DNA of 64,000 nucleotides from assembly GCF_009914755.1 (NCBI RefSeq), contig NC_060928.1; one strand, given 5' to 3'. Below are positions 53,496-64,000 of the stretch, piece by piece. Under the pieces are notes generated by a model. That model ran no database searches. It was not told where the DNA came from and saw only the letters and a list, made by a program, of their open reading frames with translations. The DNA is from the human T2T-CHM13v2.0 reference genome, Homo sapiens. The position numbers and the translations under genes were made by a program. Position 1 is the stretch's first letter; every line of letters begins with the position of its first letter.

Positions 53496-53849
53496 TTGGT
53501 GGGACTGTAAACTAGTTCAACCATTGTGGAAGACAGTGTGGCGATTCCTCAGGGATCTAGAACTAGAAATACCATTTGACCCAGCCATCCCATTACTGGG
53601 TATATACCTAAAGGATTATAAATCACGCTGCTATAAAGATACATGTACACGTATGTTTATTGTGGCACTACTCACAATAGCAAAGACTTGGAACCAACCC
53701 AAATGTCCATCAATGATAGACTGGATTGAGAAAATGTGACACATATACACCATGGAATACTATGCAGCCATAAAAAATGATGAGTTCATGTCCTTTGTAG
53801 GGACATGGATGAAACTGGAAACCATCATTCTCAGCAAACTATCACAAGA
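53496..53849 (+). mobile_element. Internal L1PA4/5 fragment (ORF2 end and start of 3' UTR), with no poly(A) and no visible TSD
   Basis: Colinear with 51252-51604. ORF 53524..53739 matches the ORF2 C-terminus. Confidence 0.93.
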
Positions 53850-54426
53850 TAAAAGATTTAGCAACTTATTCTTTGATTCTACTCATCTTCATCTTTTGTT
53901 TTTTATATTTTAATTGAAGGATGCCTAGTTCTAGAGAGGGTCTGAATTTAAAAATTTTTAACTTGTAGTTTAAAAAATTATGAAAAAATATTGAAGAGTT
54001 TTATAAGTATTGGTTCATGCTTTCAATGATTTCTATCTATTTTTATCAAAGAATGAATTGAAATATAACTTCAAATGTAAAGCAACATAATTAAGCAATA
54101 ATTAAAATTATTTGCAAATGATATGTGAAGTTAAGCAGAACATCAGAATACTAGTTAATGGAAATTTCTCTTTTCCTGAGAAACATATAAAAATGTTAGC
54201 CTATATACTTTGAGTTTAAGATGTTCAAACACAAAACAAACTTCACTGTGTTTTTTGATATAAATTACAGATATGTGCTTTCTTTAATGAAGAATTGTGC
54301 ATTTTTTGGTTTATTCTGAGTATGCAAATTTGACTTATAAAAAAATAATGCAAACAATTTTAAAAATATTTTTTCAACTTACACAAACTTTTTGAAGTTA
54401 TACAACTTGTTTAACTATTATGGTAT

Positions 54427-54815
54427 TGATATAGTTTGGGTCAGTGTGCCTGCCCAAATGTCATGTCAAATTGTAATCCCCAGTGTTGGAAGTGGGACCT
54501 GGTGGGAGGTGATTGGATCATGGTGGTGGCTTTACCTTTTGGTGCTGTTTTCATGGTAATGAATGAGTCATCCTGAGATCTGGTTGTTTAAAAGTGTGTA
54601 ACACCTCCCCTCTCTGTCTCTTCCTCCTGCTCCAGCCATGTAAACTGTGCCTTCTTCCCCTTGGCCTTCCACTATAACTGTACATTTCCTGAGGCCTCCC
54701 CAGGCATGCTTCCTATAGAGTCTGCAGAATGGTGAGTGGATTAAGCATCCTTTTTTTAAATAAATTACCCAGTCTCAATTATTTCTTTTTAGCAGTGTGA
54801 CAACAAACTAATGCA
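54427..54815 (+). mobile_element. MSTA-like MaLR solo LTR
   Basis: tgatatagtttggg...agcagtgtgacaacaaactaatgca with a 5-bp TSD ggtat/ggtac. Confidence 0.9.
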
Positions 54816-55145
54816 GGTACATAACAAAACTTTGTAGGAAGGAGAATTATCATTCAATAATTGTTGATTCAGGTACTCAGAAAAATAAAACAAATTGTAA
54901 TTATTAGCTATTAAAATAATCTACCATTCTTTAATATTTAACCATTCCATATAGTTTTTATCTGTAAATAGTAAACTGTAGTCCATATAAACTTATTAAG
55001 CATTTTATTACTAATGTACAACCCAAACTGATAAATCTACTTTATTATGGTGTATGTGTATATATATACAAAAATTTAAAATAAGTGGGAATTTTTTAGT
55101 CCCAACATTTAGGTGAGTGTGTTTTTGTTTTTTGTGTGAGTTTCT

Positions 55146-55149
<4 letters not shown>

Positions 55150-55185
<36 letters not shown>

Positions 55186-55197
55186 GTTGTTGTTGTT
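55150..55197. repeat. Compound (TG)n(TTG)n microsatellite
   Basis: Seen directly. Confidence 0.95.
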
Positions 55198-55412
55198 TTG
55201 TGTTTGTTTTTGCTTATTAATTGAGTATTTCATTAACCAATCAAGTTAATCAACTTGACTCTAAGATGGTAAGATGCACTATAAATGTGAGAAGCACATT
55301 CATTGTTAATAAGATGTTCTCAATTAATTAGAAAGTATACTGAGTGTTACTACATACTTTACTATTACTAAAACTTCTAAATATCTATTGCTTCATAAAG
55401 AAAATAAAACTT

Positions 55413-55705
55413 GCCATGTGTGCTGGCTCATGCTTATAATTCTAGCACTTTGGGAGGTGAAGGCAGGAGGATTACTTGAAGCCAGGTGTTTAAGACTAGC
55501 CTGGGCAACATGGCAAAGTGCTGACTTAAAAAAAAAAATCAAATCTGCTGAGAATGGTGGCACACACCTGTAGTCCTAGGTAATTGGGAAGCTGAGGCTG
55601 GGGCATTACTTGAGCCCAAGAGTTTGAGGCTACAGTGAGCTAGGATTGTGCCACTGCACTCCATCCTGGGTGACAGAGCAAGATCTTATCTCTAATTAAA
55701 AGAAG
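55413..55705 (+). mobile_element. AluJ
   Basis: Diverged dimer with J diagnostics (cttgagcccaagagtttgaggctacagtgagc). Confidence 0.9.
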
Positions 55706-56933
55706 ATAAAACTTTCCCCTTGCTAAACTAGGCATAAAATGAAGTGTTACATGTTGATATTTTAAAAGTAGCTTAAAATATGACTGAGAGATAATCATGA
55801 ATTTCATATTTTGGAAAAAATAAGAAGAGAAAGGAAATAATTTGGTTTGAGATAAGTAGCTAAGATAATAGGAACAAACTGCAAGACCATAAAACTTTTC
55901 CAACAAGGCTAAAATAATGCACTATTTAAAAAGTATTTACTTTTCCAAGGACCTTTATGTTCTTTTATGCAATCTTCTCAGTCTTTTTTGCAAACCTTCT
56001 CAAAGCCATGCAACAGACTGGAGAAAAGGCAGCAAAATACAATAAACTTCCTCTGACCTTCAGAAGTTTAGTAAAGTTGAGTAATTAGGAAAAGATGAGA
56101 TGAAACAACAATTTCTCATGATCACTATTTGTAAACCAGTCTGCACTTCAACAGTCTGCAACTACTGACAAAATATTAGGTTAAAATAGGCAGAATTAAC
56201 TGATAGTGATAATTTAAAAGTGCTACAATTGGTAAATTTAAATATCTAATGTGAAATATCTAATGTTTGAAATGTTGTGACATGCAAAAGCTATATTTAA
56301 ATAACTTATTAAAACAAACAAATACATATTTATGATAGGAAATTATAAAATAAACAAGAAAAAATCATCCAAAATCTAATCGCTCATAAGATTTGTGTAG
56401 TTATGTATGTTCAAAATACTTTATACATATATAATTTACATATCTAAATCTTTCTATGTACATGGTAAAAATAAAATCATAATGTATAAATGATTTACTA
56501 ATACTGTTGAATGTATATATAATAATGTATTTAAAATATTTACATGTTGCCATTGTAAACATAAAGGTTTGTATATAGTTCAAATTGAACTTAAATTGCC
56601 TTTGGCAATGTGAGTAGACAATTGTTTTTCTTTGTTTCTCTAATTTATTCATTTCTAGATTTAATTTTACAATCCACCAGTGACATTCTGTGGAAAATAT
56701 TTTCATGAGTCTTTACTGGCAGACTGATGGAAATACTAAACACTTTAATAAATATTACACGTTTCATTGTAGAATGAAATATTAGCTGATGATCAATACA
56801 AACCAAGGAAATGAAATTAAATGCAATAGACACTTATGCATTAAAATACTTTCTAAAAATCATAAAATATAGATAAACTAATGCAAAACATATGATCATT
56901 TGGTTATAAATGGTTATTTGTTTACATTTTATA

Positions 56934-57110
56934 CAGATGGTTCCCAAACTTGGATGCATATTATAACTATGTGGGGAGTCTTAAAAACTACTGATGCCTA
57001 GCCTGAACCTAGAGATTCTAATGGACTTGGTCTGGGGTATAATCTGTGTATATGAATTTTTTAAATGTTCCTTGATGTTTTCAATGTGGAGCCAGTGTAA
57101 AGAGCTGCTG
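56934..57110. mobile_element. MER5B-like hAT MITE
   Basis: tggttcccaaacttggatgcatatt...agagattctaat...ggtctggggt...aatgtggagccagtgt. Confidence 0.75.
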
Positions 57111-59400
57111 AGTAGCATCTCCAGGGACGTTAAGAAATTTAACTTTTCAGTCTAATGTCAGTTTACAGCAATATTCCTCATGTGTCCAGATATTAAATTA
57201 AAAGTATAGTTTTCCTATAAATCCCTCTGTATTTTCACTAGTATTTTTCAACTGATAGACATTTAACATATTATTTGTATATGTATAGTCAGGTAATAAA
57301 TTGTATCTTTTTAAAACTCATATGTAATGATATGCAAGTGCCTAAATTTCAATTTAACTTAAAATGACTCTGACTTTAAATAGTCTCTTGTATTTTAAAT
57401 CCTAAACTTGCTTTCCCTTCATAGATGCAAAAGAGCCCTGGGGAATTTAAAGATGATTTCTTCAAATTCACATACACAAGTAGACCTATATGGAACATAC
57501 ACAAATAGACTTATATGGAATCTCTTTAATAAGGGCAAGTTATGACTTATTTGTCTTAAATTTTGAGTATTGTATCTTTATCTAGATTATGGAAAACATA
57601 TTATCCACACATAGACACATGCATACACACTCACACATAAACATATGTATGTGTATAAAGGCATTAGCGGAAAATGTACGTTCATACTAAATAGGCAAAA
57701 GTATTTATGGGAGCATTTTATTTTTATCAGTAAGATAGTTTTTATTCAATGAATACTTTATATAAACCTGATGCTTTTCTGTGAAGCATTTCTTTTAGCT
57801 CTAAAAGGAATGATATTATAAATGCTGAATAAAAAATGATATTTGGGGGTATTGTGTTTTAATATCATTATACCATATACATATTAGTTCTAAAAACAAA
57901 TGCTTTCAAATATCCAATGTTTAACCATGCTAAAAATGATATCTCAACTGTTGCTACCAAATTTTTCTACTTTAGTATTTTCCATTAAAAGGAAAAAATG
58001 TATATTTTCTGTAAATAAAAGCTTGTTTAAGGCCAAAGAATTTTATTATCAACCTAAAATATACTGCAAGAAGGTCTTAAATATTATAAATAGCATTAAT
58101 ACTTTTTTTCTGTTGTTTGGTGGCATATGTTTGGCAAAGAGCGGTAGTAAAAGACTTTGAAGTGGGAATCTCCGTTTTCAGAGAGGAACTTTCGCAGGTG
58201 TTGAAGCTGTATGGGCCTCAGATGTTCTTAAAGATCTAAGACAACAGAATTTCTCTCCAAACCATTAAAGTTTGAAGAGCAACTGAACAGATGTTCATTG
58301 TTTCATTTAATATTTCAGACAGCTGCATAATGGCACTGTGTTGTGGTTTTTTTTTTTCACTCTTTAAGAACATTTAAAAACTAAACTTGGTTTAAGGTCA
58401 CTTCTGATGACAGTTTGAACTGGTCTGACAGCTGTTTAAATGTTTTTGACATCTGCCTGGGAAGATGGACTTCCTGTCTTTCCTCTGCCTGAATTGATGC
58501 TACATGTTTTTTAAAAATAACTTTTGTTCTTTAACAAAGTCAAAAAATACATAAAGTAATATTTTAAAAGGTTGTATATTTGAGATGCATATATCTGTGT
58601 ATATTCATTGCATCTGTAATTCACCACCCCCACACAAGACATATAACTCTTTCTCCCAGAAGTGACATAATATAAATGTCTCACATGTAATTAAAATTAA
58701 AAGAGTTTACTTCATTCATACTTTATGAGCAATAAAACATTATTGCTTATTAAAAAAAGAATTCCCAAATGTTTAGTGTCATTTCCCTGAAAGGTACAGC
58801 AGATGGCAGGCACAGGTATATTAAATGTAATCTCCGTAATAACCTTAAATATACTTGCAATTATTTGAGATTAGTCTGGGTATTTGCATGAAAGCACTGT
58901 GGGACACCCAGATTTGGTCTGGCTGAACTTTGCTTTTCCCCAAGGCTTATAGGTTTTGTTCAGGGAACTTAACGATTTCTTGGGTATGTTCAAATCCCCT
59001 GCATACCTGAGTGGGGAAACCTCTTGAGGTGTATATTTTATACCATATGACAGACAGGAAAGAAAAATCTGAGTGTTTTGAGTTCTTAACCTGATCTAAG
59101 GGAGCATCAGTACTGTGTTTGTCCTCTTTGGCCTCAGAGAAAGCAAAAAGAGTGAAAAAGCTAAATACGACAAAATGTGATGTAGCTAAGATATGCTTCT
59201 ACAATGTTGCTTCGAAGAGGTTGGAACTATATTCTTTTCAAGCTGTGCTTGACTGTAGCAACAGAGCTCAAAAAAGAACTACCATAAACAGCCTACTATT
59301 CATAGTGGTGAGGGTAAAAATAAATTAGCTGGCTTCTAAAAACCCAAGAACTATATGGATAAATTTTAACTGAAACTGTGCCCTTTTAGAAACTACCACT

Positions 59401-59480
59401 TGGTATACATATCTCAACACTAAGTTGTACATGATAAGTACTTACAATTTCATCTGTCAATTAAAACAACAATAATAATA
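59401..59480 (+). mobile_element. Very short (~80 bp) L1MA 3'-end insertion
   Basis: gtatacatatctcaacac...gttgtacatgataa...tgtcaattaaaa plus an A-rich tail, with an 11-bp TSD aaactaccact at 59390-59400 and 59481-59491. Confidence 0.8.
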
Positions 59481-60584
59481 AAACTACCACTAGCAAACAA
59501 AATAGATGAAAAAGCATAAATTTCTGTCACACTAAAATAGTTACTGGGATCTACTGTCATTCAAAATATATTACACTAAAAAGAAGACAGACATAATGTA
59601 AAAAAGCCAGACATAGTTTTATTATATTAATAGTTATTACCATCACAGTTTATGTCTCATTGCCTCTATTCTATAGAGAGAGTATCTAAATCTTCATTAT
59701 TTTATTGAACCCATCTGAAGATCTCATGGATAGCAAGTCAAAGGGGATTCAAGTTCATATTTGGCTAATTCCAAAGAATATTTTCTTTCCACTATATTTT
59801 CTTACTTTCCTTAATATCAATACCTCATTGTTTAGCAGTCATTGCACTAATTAAGATTTTGTCATATTTTATTTATTGAGTAAAGTTCATTTTCAAAGTA
59901 AAAAGCACCAAATCTTATACAGGTTACACATGTAAAGAACCATAAGAACAATGTAGTCTAAATCATCCAATTTATGAGTGAACAAATTAAAGTCCAAGCC
60001 ATATAATTAGTTGCAGTTAAAGAGGGAAAAGGTTAGTGTTTGTTTTTTTCAATATGATACATTTGTGAAATGTTAGAGAGTAAAATAAAACTCTAAGAAA
60101 AGTCACTCAGACTGAGAATTTAACAGGTTATATTGAAGTTCTCCATGTTTGGGAGGTCATTATAATTCTTAACAGTCTCACTTTTACAGTCAAGTCACAG
60201 TGATGACTCAATTTCTCTAGTTTTTGTATTAAGAAGAATTTGTTTTAAATAAAAGTTGTTTTCTTTCTTTGTTTTTCTTTTTTTAAAAAAACACCAAAAA
60301 AGGATGAATAAAATATTTTAAAAGTTTATTTTATTTATATTTAGCAATTATTTATTTAGCAACTAAAATGTGCCAAGTCCAATTCTTAGAGCTATGAATA
60401 AAAAGAAAAAGGATAACAGACAACTTTCCTATTCTTAAAGGACAGTTAAGAATGTTGCATGAGATAACAACTTAAGTAAACAAAACTAATTTAGCTTGTT
60501 TATATCGGCTATCAGATCAAACCAAATTTCATCTTCTTAAACAATATGATGAGTTTTAGATCATTTTGTTAATACATATTATAA

Positions 60585-60884
<300 letters not shown>

Positions 60885-62269
60885 TATAAGTTCTCAATAA
60901 AATAATAGGTAATCATGTCAGGCATTAGACCTGTGTTATATATTGGGTTCAAACACATTTTATGCTTTTTTTTTCCTGCTATGAGTTTTTAAATTATTTT
61001 ACTTGTAAATACACACTATGTATCTCCAAAAAAGGGATAGTCCCTATAGCAGCTTCATGCAAATCAGAAAGATGTGCCCTGGTAGCTTGACAACTTGGTC
61101 TTAATCAAGAGGAGCATTTCAGCGCCCTGAGTCCAGAGGTTCTGGCTCTTCACACAAGTGCAGCCATGCTCTGGTCTACTCCCACATACATCAGGTATCG
61201 GGTCTGTCATTGATGCCTCTGGCAACAGAAACAATCCAAGCTTTCCCAATCTTAAGCTGAAGAAAAGGTATCTGGTTTGATATTAGCCAAAGGGAAATAA
61301 ACACGACGTCTGATGTGACAAACTGGCAAAGAAAATGACCACAGCAGACAGTACATCAGCAGCATGGTCAAGACAGATGTATATGTCGGTTCCATTGAAT
61401 GAATGCTTCCATGAAGCATTACTCTCAAGGGAGAAGTGTACTCTCAAGGATACTCAGGGTCTTGTGAGAAGGTGTTGGTTTATATAGGAGGGGGTTGCTC
61501 CTCTGTTGCTCTCTCCAGGAGGCCTGGAATCTCTCACCTGCCCATGCCAGATAATGTGCTGTTATATAGCTATGGAGTATACTGTGCTTTTTAACTGAGA
61601 ACTTTTTGCATTGAACAACCTGAATAGCTATAATGGATATAATATAATGCTTCATAAACTCACCTAACTATATAAATTCTTCCTCCTCCAAAAAAACATT
61701 TTTGGGAGACTTCTACAGAGGTCAGTAAAATAGTTCAATATATTAATGTTTGTATTAAATTGGTATATTAAATTATATTAAATAAGTATACTAAATTCAG
61801 CTAATTTTAAAAGCACTTGATTTAATTGTTAAAGGTTAATTCAAACAGTGCAAATTAAAATTGGAAAAATCTACTAGTATGTACATACAAAGAAATAAAA
61901 TTGTTAAAAATTATGCTGGAAACCGGAGTTACTATATAATCCAATCTACAATAATTTTTATGTACAACTTTTACAGTATTTAGTAGATATTTAAGTTACA
62001 GAGAGAAGTGATAATAGAACTGTTACCTTCAGTCAGAACATAGGACACTTTAATGTTATTTTGAGGACAATAGAATTCTATATATCACTGATAAAATTGA
62101 CAATTTTTATAAATTAGCAAATTGTTCCCACATACCTCATATTTCAATATTGACATATTTCATTTGGTCGCTGTTTATTTTTGAAACAATATCAGAAGAT
62201 ATATTTTTAATCTTAGGAAACATTGTGTCAAAATCATGATATAAATGAATGTATTTTATTCATTGTTTA

Positions 62270-64000
62270 ATACAAATCAGTTTGAAAAAAAAGACACAAA
62301 TTATCAGCATCAGGATTAAAAGAGGTGGTATCAGTAAACCAGGCACTATCACCAATACAGTACAGACATTAAAGGATAAAAAAATACTGTAATTGGATTC
62401 ATATAATAAATTTGAAAACAGATGAACTGGAGCCATTCCTTAAAGACAAATTACCAAAATCACTCAGAACAAGATATATAACCTGAACAGCCATGTATCT
62501 ATTTAGAAATATTAAATTTGCAGTTTAAAAGCTTCCAAAAAAACCCTTTGGTTTTAGATGGTTCCACTGGTGACTTCTACTGGTTATTTAAGGGAAAAAT
62601 GCTACTAACTCTTGGTAATTTCTTACAGAAAATAAAAGATGAACAAAACTTCCTTTAAGAAACACACATTTTATGAGACCAGTATTATACTCATGTCAAA
62701 ACAAAAGATAATAAGAGGAAATAAAACTACAGTCCAACATTTCTCCAGAGCATAGATACAAAAATCTTCAGTAAAGTATTAGAAAATTGAATCCAGTAAT
62801 ATCTACCTATCTATATCTATATCCATATGTTTATCTATCTAAAGTGAGCAAACTTTTTAAAAATTCAGTATCTATGAATGTTGAAATAATCTAAGAAGCA
62901 AAATATTTTTCTCAGTTTGATACAGAACATCTAGAATAGGCATAGAGCTAACATGACATTTAGTGAAGATGATTCCGTGTTCTCCCCTTAGGGTGGGAAA
63001 CTAAGCAATAAATTTGTGTCTATTGATATGATTACGGTTTTTTTATTATGTCTATTAATAAGGTGAATTTTATTGCTGGATTTTTGAGTGTGGATACAAC
63101 CTTGCATTTCTTGAAAAATCTACTTGGTCCTGATGTATATTTGTGTGTGTGTGTGTGTGCATGGGTGTGTGTGTATGTGTAGGGGAGAGACAGAGACAGA
63201 GTGTGTGAGAGATGGATTTGATTTTCTAATACTTTCTTGAGAATGTCTGTGTTTACGTACAAGAGAGATGTTGGTTTTGTTTAGTGGTTTTGTTCTCTCA
63301 ACACTTCTATTTTTTAGCAGCTCCTTGTGCTTCTTTATTTTCATTTTTTATTATTTTTGCTTATATTTGTGTATTCATAATAATCACCTCACCTGTTTTA
63401 TATTATACTGGAAGTTTTAGAAATTATAACAAGGCAAGAGAAAGAAATACAATACATTCAGATTAGTGAGAAAGAAATAAAACTATCACCATTCACAAAT
63501 GACATAATTGTATATGTAGAAAATTCCAGAGGATTGACGAAAAAAATCTCTTAGATATTGTAACTGGCTTTAGCAAGTTTAGAGTATAAAAACAATTACA
63601 AAAATGATATTTCTGATATAATAGGAATAAACAACAACTGAAATTTTAAAACACAACACTATCTACAGTAGCTCCTCCCAAAATGAAATGCTTAAGTATA
63701 AATCTTTTACAAAATGCGCACAATGTATATGTTGAAAACTAAAAAATGCTGATTAAAGATACCAAAGAAAACCTACATAAATGATGTGATGTGTTGTGTT
63801 CATAGTTTGGAAGATTTGACATAGTTAAGAGGTTAACATTTGCCAAGTGAATTGATCAATGAACTGTAATCCCAATGAAAACTCCAACAAGATTCTTTTT
63901 AGATATTGACAAGTTGATTCTAAAACTTATATGGAAAGTTAAAGAAACTGAAATAGTCAAACAATTTTGAAAAATAACAAAGTTGGGGAACTTACTCTTT
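62270..64000 (+). mobile_element. Old L1M ORF2 relic, with an antisense L1 piece and a (TG)n/(GA)n tract at ~63010-63290
   Basis: Degenerate sense ORF2 (aacctgaacagcc, cacaaatgacataattgtatatgtagaaaattcc). 63010-63290 reads as antisense ORF2. Confidence 0.75.

Noticed and set aside
61030-61660. More GC-balanced segment with an octamer ATGCAAAT (~61057) as a promoter or exon
   Set aside because: Part of it resembles an old MLT1-type LTR relic; a single motif and short ORFs give no support.

Overview
AT-rich primate (human-like) non-coding DNA, intergenic or deep intronic, made mostly of nested interspersed repeats. These include L1 elements of several ages, Alus (J, S, Y), L2/MIR relics, DNA-transposon MITEs, and a dense ERVL/MaLR/ERV1/ERVK LTR cluster at about 3.8-25 kb. 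I see no protein-coding gene, RNA gene, CpG island or CRISPR array, and no convincing new biological system. The ORFs I can assign are broken L1 ORF2, ERVL pol, MaLR-internal or Alu translations; the rest look like noise. The points worth a second look are mechanistic fossils: (1) a young L1PA4/5 inserted into an older twin-primed L1 and 5'-truncated almost exactly at the homologous position; (2) a tail-less L1 fragment 1.6 kb downstream of that element, sharing apparent private variants with it and sitting next to a fold-back hairpin; (3) an unidentified ~440-bp retrocopy with poly(A) signal and target-site duplication (TSD); (4) a near-perfect 200-bp tandem duplication; (5) a motif-dense unique segment that may be an enhancer. 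Repeat subfamily names come from recalled consensus sequences, not from a database search, and boundaries of the old elements are approximate.
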